Shown: positions 10,896 through 20,330 of the stretch, one piece after another
How the letters are laid out: every line of letters starts with the position of its first letter
How positions within the stretch are numbered: the first letter of the stretch is position 1
Assembly: GCA_015228875.1 (NCBI GenBank)
Contig: JADGCS010000001.1
Location: 55,886-119,885 of the forward strand
Source: Deltaproteobacteria bacterium
Lineage (GTDB): Bacteria; UBA10199; JADGCS01
Reading direction: 5' to 3'
Length of the DNA stretch: 64,000 nucleotides
Program-made: the position numbers and the translations under genes
The notes under the pieces: model-generated
The model's input: the letters and a program-made list of their open reading frames with translations, nothing else
Told to the model about the DNA's origin: nothing
The model's database searches: none

Positions 10896-11519
10896 ATGAA
10901 ATGTGAAGAATCAAACCGCAAGTGTCAGCACACAGTTTTCAAGATCGCAGAAAAAAAAGACAACAGCCCCGTCATCAGGGAGTCTGTGGCAAATATTCTC
11001 TCTGCCCTTGGTGAGGATGTGGGACGGGAGGGGCTGGTTAAAACCCCCGAACGTGTGGCAAAGGCGCTGCAGTTTTTAACCAAGGGCTACTACGAAGACC
11101 CCTGCTCCATTATCAAGAGTGCGCTGTTCGAAGAAGACATAAACGAGATGATCGTGGTCAAAGACATCGAGCTTTATTCGATGTGCGAACACCATCTGCT
11201 GCCTTTTGTTGGCAAGGCGCATGTTGCCTATCTCCCCAGAGGGAGAATTGTAGGCCTTTCAAAGGTTGCGCGTGTGGTCGATATCTTTGCGCGCAGGTTT
11301 CAGGTGCAGGAAAGGCTCACCAAGCAGATTGCCGAGACACTCAACAACTGCCTTGAGCCGCAGGGGGTTGCTGTGGTCATTCAGGCGGCCCATATGTGCA
11401 TGCAGATGAGGGGGGTGCAGAAACAAAATTCGGTCATGGTCACTTCGACGATGCTGGGGGCCTTTCAGGAGCTGGCGACACGCAATGAGTTCATGAATTT
11501 TATCAAGGGGAGTTTATAA
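10896..11519 (+). CDS. folE: GTP cyclohydrolase I
   Basis: [18 protein letters not shown]...[25 protein letters not shown]. Confidence 0.93.
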   Translation: MKCEESNRKCQHTVFKIAEKKDNSPVIRESVANILSALGEDVGREGLVKTPERVAKALQFLTKGYYEDPCSIIKSALFEEDINEMIVVKDIELYSMCEHHLLPFVGKAHVAYLPRGRIVGLSKVARVVDIFARRFQVQERLTKQIAETLNNCLEPQGVAVVIQAAHMCMQMRGVQKQNSVMVTSTMLGAFQELATRNEFMNFIKGSL

Positions 11520-11531
11520 AGCGGGGAGAAT

Positions 11532-11939
11532 ATGTCTCACACACGATTAATCTGCCGCTATCCATTTTGCGCGGCGCACAGACTCTGGCGATCGGACTGG
11601 TCCGAAGAAACCAATAAAAAACATTTTGGCAGATGCACCGGTATCCATGGCCACGATTACAGGATAGAGGTCCACCTCACGGGTGATGTGTCAAGGGAAA
11701 CCGGGATGCTCATTAACGGTTTTGCAGTCGACGAGATTGTCGGCACATTTATCAGTAAACACCTTGATCACAAGTATCTCAATCAGGACATCCCTTTTTT
11801 TTCAGATCATCTGCCCACAGCCGAGATGATTGCCTTCTGGGTTTATAGCAGTCTCAAAGCATCGTTTCCCAGTCATGTGACACTCGAGAAAATAGTGATT
11901 TTCGAAACACCCGATCTGATCGTCGAGTACAGTGTATGA
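11532..11939 (+). CDS. queD: 6-carboxytetrahydropterin / 6-pyruvoyl-tetrahydropterin synthase family (QueD/PTPS)
   Basis: CxxxHGH motif (CTGIHGHDYRIEV), FxAAHRL start, about 135 aa. Confidence 0.8.
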   Translation: MSHTRLICRYPFCAAHRLWRSDWSEETNKKHFGRCTGIHGHDYRIEVHLTGDVSRETGMLINGFAVDEIVGTFISKHLDHKYLNQDIPFFSDHLPTAEMIAFWVYSSLKASFPSHVTLEKIVIFETPDLIVEYSV

Positions 11940-13024
11940 ACATCAGACATGTTATCTTTGACTGGTCGGGGACTTTGTTCAACGATCACAGGCCTGGATA
12001 TCTGGCCACCAGGGATATTTTTGTAAAACTTGCCGGCATTGATATTTCTTTTAAGGATTACAAAAAATATTTTAAACTGCCGGCGGTTTCCATTTACAGG
12101 CGTTACGGCATCAAGACCCCTTTTAAAAAAATCAACGAAATCTATTTTAAAATATATGAAAATTACTACAGAAAGGGATCCCTTTTTGACGGGGTGATTG
12201 ATGTCCTCAAAACACTTAAAAAACAGGGGATACAGGTCAGTGTTTTTTCTACGGTCAGACAGGATCTCATTGAGGATCTTGTCAAAGCATACAATCTTGA
12301 GAGTTATATTACAAACGTCACGGGTTCGGTATGTGACAAACGTAAAGAGATGAAAGGGCTGTTACAAAAAATCAAATGTCAGCCCGCTCAAATCCTGTTT
12401 ATAGGAGACATGGAACACGACATTCAGGCGGCGAAAAAAAACGGACTGATCAGCGGCTGTGTGAATAATGGGTATAGTACAAAAGAGATACTTGTTCGTT
12501 CCCGTCCGCGTTTTATGTGGCAGACACAGAGGGATCTGGTCCCTTTTTTAAAAAAAATATCCCAGAAAAAAAATAAAGCAGTTTGTCCCTTAAAATACCC
12601 TGTGTCAACTGTCGGGGCGCTGATCTTTAATACAAAAGGAGAGGCCCTGTTTGTGCTGACACACAAATGGGGATTCACTTACGGGATTCCCGGCGGCAAA
12701 ATAAAAAAAGGTGAAAGTGCAGATGCTGCCCTAAAGAGGGAGCTTCTCGAAGAGACAGGTCTCGATATCATTATCAAGGAACTCATTGTTGTGCAGGACT
12801 GCATTGCTTCGAGGGAATTCTACATCAAAAAGACACATTTTATTTTATTTAATTATCTTGCCTGTGCAAAGAGTGGTGTCGTACAACTTAACAATGAGGC
12901 CGTATCGTTTTTGTGGCTTGATCCTCGTGATGCACTCAACTTAACACTTAATGAACCCACGCGGTATCTGTTAAAAGTTTATCTTCAAAAGGCAAAAAAA
13001 AAGACCCTCGCACATTGCCGGTAG
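11936..13024 (+). CDS. HAD-superfamily phosphatase fused to a NUDIX hydrolase
   Basis: N-terminus VIFDWSGTLFND (HAD motif I DxxGT) and FIGDMEHDIQAAKKNG (motif IV). C-terminus carries the Nudix box GGKIKKGESADAALKRELLEETGLD. The start overlaps the queD stop (ATGA). Confidence 0.75.
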   Translation: MNIRHVIFDWSGTLFNDHRPGYLATRDIFVKLAGIDISFKDYKKYFKLPAVSIYRRYGIKTPFKKINEIYFKIYENYYRKGSLFDGVIDVLKTLKKQGIQVSVFSTVRQDLIEDLVKAYNLESYITNVTGSVCDKRKEMKGLLQKIKCQPAQILFIGDMEHDIQAAKKNGLISGCVNNGYSTKEILVRSRPRFMWQTQRDLVPFLKKISQKKNKAVCPLKYPVSTVGALIFNTKGEALFVLTHKWGFTYGIPGGKIKKGESADAALKRELLEETGLDIIIKELIVVQDCIASREFYIKKTHFILFNYLACAKSGVVQLNNEAVSFLWLDPRDALNLTLNEPTRYLLKVYLQKAKKKTLAHCR

Positions 13025-13244
13025 GCAACGGGAAGGTCTTAAAAGGGGGTCAGTCAGCTCTTTCGAGCTTCTAAGTCTTTATCGGGTGGGCCTGTGTGAT
13101 GTTGCGCCTTTTTTAACAAAAGACCGGTTGCACAACAGACGCGAGAAACACAGAGTGATAACAACAAGATGAGCGTGCCGCGCCGTGTCAGACACCCCCC
13201 CCGTTGATGCGCTATTTTAAATTGGGGCGCGCTTTGGGTTTTAT

Positions 13245-14501
13245 TTGATCATGCGAATATTGGAATCTCTCAATGTCCCCAAAAATGACAACGATTTTCC
13301 GGTCGAAAAGATTCTCAATCACAAATTGATTCTTGAGTTTGAAAAACTTGCGCGGTTTAATTCGTCAAAGCAACTGGTTCAATCCGCAGAATTTCAACAG
13401 CTCAAGCAGCCGTTATCCGAGTTGATTTACGGATACGAGTACGGCTGTTATGTCGACGAATCCGACACGGCGAGAAAAAAACCATTTATCAGAGCTGTGT
13501 TGTGGCACCTTGAGAATGGGATTAACTACAACGGTATTCTCGAGACATTAAGAAACAGGGCGCTTGTGCGCAAGGCTGATATTTATTTTTTTCCCTCGAC
13601 CGACATTGGTATGGCCCGTTCGGGCAACAGAAATGTCATTCGCGATCTCGCCATCGAGCTTGGGTATAATTATTATTTTGCAACAACCTTTGTAAATCTG
13701 GATTCAAGCGATACAAATCATTTCGGACAAAAAACAAATGTGCTGGGGCTGGAGGGAAACGCCATCATGACAAGGTTTCCCGTCTCAAACTTAAGGTACG
13801 TCTCCCTTAATCATTATCACGATATTTTTAATGGTCCCAAAAAGATTCTGGGTTGCGAAAAGGTGCTGCTTGCAGACCTTGTCATCGATGACAACCGGCA
13901 TTTGACGGTTGTTTGTATCAATCTCCCCGATTATTCATCTCCGCGACACCGCTACAAATACATGCGGCAGGTGATGGGCAGCTTGAAAGACCATCAAATC
14001 AGAAAAACACCCATTTTGATTGGTGGGGATTTAAAAACCTCCACGTACAACTGTAAGACAGAATTGCATTTTTTCTTGAGTGTTCTCAATAAGGTCTATC
14101 GTGATTTTGATTTTATTGCAGGTGAGCACCATGTTTTTCCCGAGCGTTTCTTTGAAAAACATTTCTTTGATTACCTTAAAAGCAGGGGGTTTTATTTTGA
14201 TATTTTAAATGAGATGGGAACAGGGTGTTTTAACGTCAAACCAGAAGAAATTTTTGCTGCTTACACAAAAAAAAGAGATACAAAATTATACAATCTGGTC
14301 AGATCTTTGTTAAAAAACAGAAATGAAAAACTTTCGTATAAACACGACTGGTTTATAGGCAACCGCTTTATCAAGCCCAGCGAAAGTCATCAGGCGGAAA
14401 GACCAAAGGTTATTTCGCATTTGTTTTTTGATGGTCGTCCCGTATCGAGTCATGATCCTGTTCTACTGGACTTTGAGATTGCGGATGTTCGGAAAGATTA
14501 A
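13245..14501 (+). CDS. Endonuclease/exonuclease/phosphatase (EEP)-family protein
   Basis: GNAIMTRFPV and ILIGGDLKTSTYN resemble EEP catalytic motifs. The gene is AT-rich. Confidence 0.45.
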   Translation: MIMRILESLNVPKNDNDFPVEKILNHKLILEFEKLARFNSSKQLVQSAEFQQLKQPLSELIYGYEYGCYVDESDTARKKPFIRAVLWHLENGINYNGILETLRNRALVRKADIYFFPSTDIGMARSGNRNVIRDLAIELGYNYYFATTFVNLDSSDTNHFGQKTNVLGLEGNAIMTRFPVSNLRYVSLNHYHDIFNGPKKILGCEKVLLADLVIDDNRHLTVVCINLPDYSSPRHRYKYMRQVMGSLKDHQIRKTPILIGGDLKTSTYNCKTELHFFLSVLNKVYRDFDFIAGEHHVFPERFFEKHFFDYLKSRGFYFDILNEMGTGCFNVKPEEIFAAYTKKRDTKLYNLVRSLLKNRNEKLSYKHDWFIGNRFIKPSESHQAERPKVISHLFFDGRPVSSHDPVLLDFEIADVRKD

Positions 14502-14994
14502 ATGAATCAAAAAATCTCTTGTTGTCTTTTTTGGACGAAAAACCATGCTTTGAAATCACACCCAGTGTGTAGAGGGTATTGGCGTTAAAAAAGATACGGT
14601 AACAGATGTATTGCTGATCCTGCGTGACAAAACTGATTTCTACCCCCGCGTTTTTTTTCACGGTGATTTTTTTTTCTGATTTGACCGTTCCCATTTTGGT
14701 GTTCACAAGGATTGATTTTGTATTGTCAATAAAAAGCTGCTTGTCTTCTTGCGACAGTTCCGTGCTGTGGATTGAATAGATAATCTTGAATTGTGTGTCA
14801 CCGCTTTCGGACAGGACTGTGTTGACGGTGTATTCTGCCCTGACGGTGAAAGAAAACTGTGGTTCGGCTGGCAAAAGAATGGAGAACAAGTCATCGGGTG
14901 TCTGGTACTGTATCCAGTCAGGTTGATCATCAGCCTCTGCGCTGTTTGCGCATAAAGAAAACAACACGGCAATCAGCAGTATTTTTTTTATCAT
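14410..14994 (-). CDS. Secreted hypothetical protein (signal peptide)
   Basis: MIKKILLIAVLFSLCANSAEADD signal peptide. Its 3' end overlaps the convergent EEP gene by about 90 bp. Confidence 0.45.
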   Translation of the reverse strand: MIKKILLIAVLFSLCANSAEADDQPDWIQYQTPDDLFSILLPAEPQFSFTVRAEYTVNTVLSESGDTQFKIIYSIHSTELSQEDKQLFIDNTKSILVNTKMGTVKSEKKITVKKNAGVEISFVTQDQQYICYRIFFNANTLYTLGVISKHGFSSKKDNKRFFDSFNLSEHPQSQSPVEQDHDSIRDDHQKTNAK

Positions 14995-15063
14995 GGGGCA
15001 ATCTTATAATGTGCCCGTAATAAAAACAATTGATTTAAAGGCACGCACTCAATATCAGTTACA

Positions 15064-15153
15064 CCCTAACCCGCATAAAGCGGAAAAACCTACGCGGGCA
15101 GGCGACTCGAAAATTTTGTTGCCGAAACGCGTAGAAAAAACCTATCTAGGTTC
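15064..15153 (-). repeat. Repeat family B copy (inverted)
   Basis: ccctaacccgcataaagcggaaaaacctacgcggg...gaaacgcgtagaaaaaacctatctaggttc. Confidence 0.8.
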
Positions 15154-15154
15154 T

Positions 15155-15625
15155 ATGGCAAAAAAGACCGAAGAGGGCGGGATTAAAATTGTCTGCGAAA
15201 ATAGAAAGGCCAGATTCCTTTACCAACTCACAGATCGTTTTGAGGCTGGGATCGTTCTGACCGGCTCGGAGGTCAAGTCCATCAGAAAAGGCCAGGTGAA
15301 TCTCACAGATGCCTATGCCGACATCCACAACGATGAGGCCTTTATTCTGCAAATGCACATCTCTCCCTACGATAAAGGGGGCTATGCCAATCACGAACCC
15401 AAACGAAAGAGAAAACTTCTGCTGCATAAACGTGAGATTTTAAAGCTCATTGGAAAAACAGAGATCAAGGGAATGACCCTGATTCCACTCAAGGTCTACT
15501 TTAAAAATGGAAAGGCCAAGATTGAACTGGCTCTGGGATCAGGAAAAAAGGGCCCTGACAAAAGACAGACAATCAAAGAACGTGAAACAAAACGGGAACT
15601 CGATCGCGAGATGAAAAGGAGATAA
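15155..15625 (+). CDS. smpB: SsrA-binding protein
   Basis: ENRKARFLYQLTDRFEAGIVLTGSEVKSIR...LLLHKREI, and a basic C-terminal tail. The tool ORF starts upstream inside a family-B repeat; the true start is ATG 15155. Confidence 0.9.
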   Translation: MAKKTEEGGIKIVCENRKARFLYQLTDRFEAGIVLTGSEVKSIRKGQVNLTDAYADIHNDEAFILQMHISPYDKGGYANHEPKRKRKLLLHKREILKLIGKTEIKGMTLIPLKVYFKNGKAKIELALGSGKKGPDKRQTIKERETKRELDREMKRR

Positions 15626-15630
15626 GTTAA

Positions 15631-17433
15631 ATGCAGACAGATACCATTGCCTCACCAGTGATTGTTCCCCGCAAAAAAATCAAGGGGAGCAGAATTATTA
15701 TCAGCTGTCTTGAGAGGGAGGGGGTAGATACCGTGTTTGGTTATCCCGGCGGGGCATCCATGGATATTCATCAAGCGCTTACCTTGTCAAAAAAAATCAG
15801 GGTGGTTCTGCCCAGACACGAGCAGGGAGCGGCGTTTGCTGCCTCAGGTTACGCGCGGGCCACGGGCAAACCAGGGGTCTGCCTTGCGGCCTCAGGCCCC
15901 GGGGCAACCAACCTCATCACGGGGATCATGGACGCAAGACTCGATTCGATTCCCATGGTGATTCTCACAGGGCAGGTTGCGACAAAAGTCATCGGGACGG
16001 ATGCCTTTCAGGAAACAGACATTGTGGGTGCCACATTGCCCTGTGTCAAGCACAGCTACCTCATGAAGGACGTCAATGACATCTCATGGGTGATGAAAGA
16101 GGCCTTTCATCTGGCAAGCTCCAACCGTCCAGGACCTGTGTTGATTGACTTTCCCGTTGATATCCAGCAGGCGCTCGCTGTCCTTGATGACAACGCCGAA
16201 CGCAAAAGAAGCGGGGCTGTTTTTAAAACAGAACCGGCCAAAGGGCAGATCAAAAAGGCCCTTGGGCTGATTAACGAGGCGCAACGGCCCGTTATCTATG
16301 CCGGTGGCGGCATCATATCGGGAAATGCCTCTGATGAACTGAGAAGGTTTGTCAAAAAAACGGGGATCCCTGTAACAACCACCAGCATGGGGCTGGGCGC
16401 ATTTCCAGAGGACGACCCCTTGTCACTGCATATGCTGGGGATGCACGGCGCTGTTTACGCCAATATGGCCATCGCCCGTGCTGATCTTGTCATCGCGCTG
16501 GGGACGCGCTTTGACAACAAGGTGACTGGCAAGATTTCAGAATTTTGCAAAAACGCAAAGATCATTCATGTCGATATCGATGCGAGCGAGATCAACAAAA
16601 ACACAATTGTGGCCCTCCCCATTCAGGGGGATGTCCGGCAGACACTCGAAGCATTCAACACAGAGGCAGTCAAACTTAATATTGAACCCTGGATCAACGA
16701 GATCCAAAAATTAAAAAAAGAATTTGCGCACAGTTATCCAAAGTCAAAAGAGCACATCGTGCCGCAGGCCGTGATTGTAGAGTTGTCCGGGCTTGTCCCC
16801 AACGATGCCGTGGTCTGCACGGGGGTGGGACAGCATCAAATGTGGACCGCACAGTTTTTCAAGTTTAAAAATCCGAGGAGTTTTATTTCGTCCTGCGGCC
16901 TGGGGGCTATGGGATTTGGCCTTCCGGCGGCCATAGGGGCACAGGTGGCTTTTCCGAACAGAATGGTGATCGATATCGACGGCGACGGCAGTTTTTTAAT
17001 GAACATTCAGGAGCTTCAAACCCTTAAGACAGAGAACATCCCGGTCAAGTGCGTTGTGCTCAACAACAGCTATCTTGGCATGATGGCACAGTGGGAAGAT
17101 CGTTATTACAAATCCGTGCGTGGCCACACCTGTCTTGGCGAGGCCAATTTTGCCGAGATTGCCAAGGCGTTTGGCATTGCGGGGGCAACGGTCTCAAGGT
17201 CTGAAGATGTCGCACCGGCCCTTAAGGAGATGTTATCACACAAGGGGGCCTACGTGCTTGATGTCAAGTACCCCTACAACGATGCTACTCACGGGCATGT
17301 GCTGCCGATGATCCCTGCGGACGGGACGTATTTGGATTCGATATTACCGGGTGGGGTTATCCTGCGCGACTACCTGAAGCAGAAGGGTGCAACGGAGTGC
17401 TGCGTATCAAAAGACCGCCCTGCAGGTCTTTAA
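15631..17433 (+). CDS. ilvB: Acetolactate synthase large-subunit-like TPP enzyme
   Basis: GYPGGASMDIHQAL, GPGATNLITGIMDA, and the TPP-binding GDGSFLMNIQEL...NNSYLGMM. Confidence 0.85.
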   Translation: MQTDTIASPVIVPRKKIKGSRIIISCLEREGVDTVFGYPGGASMDIHQALTLSKKIRVVLPRHEQGAAFAASGYARATGKPGVCLAASGPGATNLITGIMDARLDSIPMVILTGQVATKVIGTDAFQETDIVGATLPCVKHSYLMKDVNDISWVMKEAFHLASSNRPGPVLIDFPVDIQQALAVLDDNAERKRSGAVFKTEPAKGQIKKALGLINEAQRPVIYAGGGIISGNASDELRRFVKKTGIPVTTTSMGLGAFPEDDPLSLHMLGMHGAVYANMAIARADLVIALGTRFDNKVTGKISEFCKNAKIIHVDIDASEINKNTIVALPIQGDVRQTLEAFNTEAVKLNIEPWINEIQKLKKEFAHSYPKSKEHIVPQAVIVELSGLVPNDAVVCTGVGQHQMWTAQFFKFKNPRSFISSCGLGAMGFGLPAAIGAQVAFPNRMVIDIDGDGSFLMNIQELQTLKTENIPVKCVVLNNSYLGMMAQWEDRYYKSVRGHTCLGEANFAEIAKAFGIAGATVSRSEDVAPALKEMLSHKGAYVLDVKYPYNDATHGHVLPMIPADGTYLDSILPGGVILRDYLKQKGATECCVSKDRPAGL

Positions 17434-18928
17434 CAGGGATGCTTTTAAAACCTTGGAAGGTTTTTTCTACGCGTTTCGGCATCAATTTTTGCATGGTGTC
17501 CGCCCGCGTAGTATTTTCCGCTTTATGCGGGTTATGACTCACCCTGCCTTCGATCTGCCAGTCATCGTTTAACGGAAAACAAATCAGGGTAAAGGGGTCA
17601 GGGCGCTCCATCAGCCTGTATTTTTTTCCGACAATTTCAAACTCATCACCGGCCTTTAATCCCAGCGGGAGGGAGGGCAGTGCCCTTTTGTAGTTTGTAA
17701 ACGTCGACGGATTAACATGATTAAGGTCGATGACCTCTCTGATGAGATAACCGTTTGCATCGATGGTTTCTATGATGATGGTTGGCTCCTTGATCTCTGC
17801 AATTTTACCTGTTTTATCCTTGATTGTAACGCAGTCTCCCTGCGTGAGTGATTGCACGAGTGTTTTGATTTCGTCCCTGATCCTGAACGTGTGAGGGTTG
17901 ACGTCGTTGAGGTCAACGGGTTCCGTGACCACGACCCCCTTGGCATCGACGGCCTCAATGAACATGACATAGTCGTTGATCGCGGCAACCCTTCCCCTTT
18001 TTTCCTTAAGACTGATGTAGTCCCCGACCTTGATTGCGGCAATGAGCGCTGGATGTTTGTCGCGTCGGGTAGTGGCGGTGCCGATCAATGCCGAGTTTGG
18101 GACTGTGACCACGACCCCATCACCAAACACGTCAAAGTCACGCAGTTCGACAGAAAAAGGGGTGACCTGTTTCACAACCCCTTTGTGTTCGCCAATAACA
18201 ATACTGTCGCCGATACCAAAGTGTTGGTACATATTGGAAAGAAAAAAAGTGGCGAGATTTTTTATCGGGTCCTGAAGTGCAAACCCCAGGCCCAGGCCCA
18301 GGAGTCCCATGCCTGCAACCAGTGCCGTGACATCTACCCCAATCGATTTAAGACCAAAGATCGCTGCCCCTCCAAGCAGGGCCGTCTGCGCAAGTTTGAG
18401 GCCAAGCCCCGTCATTTTTTTGCCGCGCTCGGTGATGTTGGGGTCGTCCTTTATGGCCTTTGCCCTGTTCGAAAGATGGCGATACAAAAGATAGGCGCCA
18501 AGCCCCAATGCCCCCACCTTGCCGATCCCGGGCAGTTGTCTGGTTATAAAATCGTTAATATTGAGAATGTTCCATGAGTGGAGGACAGCAAGCAACGCCC
18601 CCGTATCAAAGACAAGCTCCGCAGTTGTGAGCGCTGTATTAATAGCGGGTTTTGTTGTGTCCTTGATGCGGGATGACTGATGAATTTTTTGTTTTGCATA
18701 GCCCAGCGTACGGTGTAAGGCATACGCGCCCGTGGCAAGACCCGCAGTGGTCAAGAGTGGTGTCTGGACTGTCCTGAGCACACCCGCAACACTGTCAACC
18801 GTGAAAACAGCATGGGATAACCCCTGCAGGGAGGGTGTCGTCTTGACAGGTAACGCATGTTGTACCTGAGTGAGCGGGGAATGAAGAAAATGAGAAACGG
18901 GGCCGTGAAGCAGTTGTCCAAGGTGCAT
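17357..18928 (-). CDS. MscS-family mechanosensitive channel with duplicated C-terminal beta-domains
   Basis: Transmembrane segments, then GLGLGFALQDPIKNLATFFL...IGDSIVIGEHKGVVKQVTPFSVELRD, the MscS signature. An internal 40-aa duplication follows. The C-terminus as translated runs into a family-B repeat. Confidence 0.75.
   Translation of the reverse strand: MHLGQLLHGPVSHFLHSPLTQVQHALPVKTTPSLQGLSHAVFTVDSVAGVLRTVQTPLLTTAGLATGAYALHRTLGYAKQKIHQSSRIKDTTKPAINTALTTAELVFDTGALLAVLHSWNILNINDFITRQLPGIGKVGALGLGAYLLYRHLSNRAKAIKDDPNITERGKKMTGLGLKLAQTALLGGAAIFGLKSIGVDVTALVAGMGLLGLGLGFALQDPIKNLATFFLSNMYQHFGIGDSIVIGEHKGVVKQVTPFSVELRDFDVFGDGVVVTVPNSALIGTATTRRDKHPALIAAIKVGDYISLKEKRGRVAAINDYVMFIEAVDAKGVVVTEPVDLNDVNPHTFRIRDEIKTLVQSLTQGDCVTIKDKTGKIAEIKEPTIIIETIDANGYLIREVIDLNHVNPSTFTNYKRALPSLPLGLKAGDEFEIVGKKYRLMERPDPFTLICFPLNDDWQIEGRVSHNPHKAENTTRADTMQKLMPKRVEKTFQGFKSIPVKDLQGGLLIRSTPLHPSASGSRAG
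17448..17546 (+). repeat. Repeat family B copy
   Basis: aaaccttggaaggttttttctacgcgtttcggcatcaatttttgcatggtgtccgcccgcgtagtattttccgctttatgcgggttatg. Confidence 0.85.
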
Positions 18929-19043
18929 AACAAAAAAACTGTCGCAGAGTATAAAAAAAATGGCAAGGAAAAAGTGGGTCGAAACAAAAAAACAAACCCC
19001 ATATAATCAACTGTTTGCAACGGTTGGGGAGGGGTGGCATGCC

Positions 19044-19077
19044 TCGCGTCATTGCGAGGAGCGCTAGCGACAAAGCA
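19044..19077 (+). repeat. Single family-C unit
   Basis: cgtcattgcgaggagcgctagcgacaaagcaatc matches the arms of the 26.3 kb hairpin. Confidence 0.6.
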
Positions 19078-19142
19078 ATCCAGTGATAACCATTGATTTT
19101 ACTGGATCGCCACGCAGGCCACCTTCGGTGGCTTGTGCGCGC

Positions 19143-20330
19143 TTATTTAACTGGTGTGTCCTGCCTGTTTTTGTGTTTGAGGGTCATGTGGTACTTGAGT
19201 GAGGCCCTGAGGGCACTTGCGCCCTGTGACGTTTTGATGAGTCTCACACTGACAATACGCGCAAGATTGCGGTAGATTTTTGCTGCAATGACAGGAAAAT
19301 TTCTTTCGATATTTTCGAGGTTGTTAAGATCGTGTACCAAAACATCTGCAGGGGACATGGCAATGACATCGGAAGAACGCGTGGTCTCGGCAAGGTAGGC
19401 CACCTCGCCGAATGTTTCTCCCTCGGAAAAACTGCAGATCTGATTGATGATGCCTTCGATCTCGTGACAGACCGAGACCTCTCCCGACAGCAGGGTGTAA
19501 ATCTCGTTTTTGGAGTCGCCAAACGTGATGATTTTATCGCCATTCTTGTATTTTTTTATTTTACCGAGACTGGTGATCAGTTGCACTTCTTCTTTTGACA
19601 TCGACTTGAAGAGATTAACCGTGTCACCGATGGTTGCCGAGATTTTTTCGGAGATGAGATCAAACGCGTCATCGTTGCTCATGGAGAGCTTGATTTCCCT
19701 GTCCGCGTAACGGGAGAAAACTTTTTTATAATGCTGGGCAGCATCCGGGGCGTTGGGAAATTTGACCGCGATTTCGACAAACGGAGAACAGACCGTGTCA
19801 AAGTGGTTGGTGTCTTCTGTCACAAGGACCATGGGGGTGGCATAGCCGCTTTCTGGGTGATTGATATTGGACATGTACTGTCTGAATCCCAGGTGTTCGA
19901 AAAGAGTAACAAGGTGTGCCCAACTGTCGATAAAAACATACTGGCACTTCTGCTTTCGGGCAAATTCGTAGCAGGCAAGGAGGAGTTCTTTTACAATCGA
20001 CCCGCCGCTGTGTGACTGACTGATAGCGAATTTGGTGAACATCGCCGTGTGACCCGGATAATAAGGTTTAAAACCGTCGAGTTCGTAAAAATTTTCGTGA
20101 TGAACAGGCCCGTCTTTAGAAAGGTTGACCCTTAAGGCCCCAACGACCTTGCCGTTTTCTACGGCGAAAAAGTTGTGTGCGTAGCTGTCACAGGGTTCGA
20201 TGAGTTGTTTACTGTCGTGGAGCGCGTGCTCTGGAAAAAGATGAAGTTCTTCGACAAAGACCTTGTAGCGCAAGTGATAGACAGCATCCTTGTCTTCTTT
20301 GGTCGTGGCTTCTTTAACTTGAATGGTCAT
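19143..20330 (-). CDS. GNAT-fold (N-acyl amino acid synthase-like) acyltransferase fused to a cyclic-nucleotide-binding domain
   Basis: N-terminal about 200 aa resemble acyl-CoA N-acyltransferases (ALRVNLSKDG...FIDSWAHLVTLFEHLGF). C-terminal FGEVAYL...RSSDVIAMSPADVL is a cNMP-binding fold. Confidence 0.5.
   Translation of the reverse strand: MTIQVKEATTKEDKDAVYHLRYKVFVEELHLFPEHALHDSKQLIEPCDSYAHNFFAVENGKVVGALRVNLSKDGPVHHENFYELDGFKPYYPGHTAMFTKFAISQSHSGGSIVKELLLACYEFARKQKCQYVFIDSWAHLVTLFEHLGFRQYMSNINHPESGYATPMVLVTEDTNHFDTVCSPFVEIAVKFPNAPDAAQHYKKVFSRYADREIKLSMSNDDAFDLISEKISATIGDTVNLFKSMSKEEVQLITSLGKIKKYKNGDKIITFGDSKNEIYTLLSGEVSVCHEIEGIINQICSFSEGETFGEVAYLAETTRSSDVIAMSPADVLVHDLNNLENIERNFPVIAAKIYRNLARIVSVRLIKTSQGASALRASLKYHMTLKHKNRQDTPVK

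Noticed and set aside
19090-19125. gccaccttcggtggc hairpin as terminator of the acyltransferase–cNMP gene
   Set aside because: It lies downstream of the gene's 3' end on the correct side, but is not followed by a T-tract on the coding strand. The claim is too weak to list as a feature.
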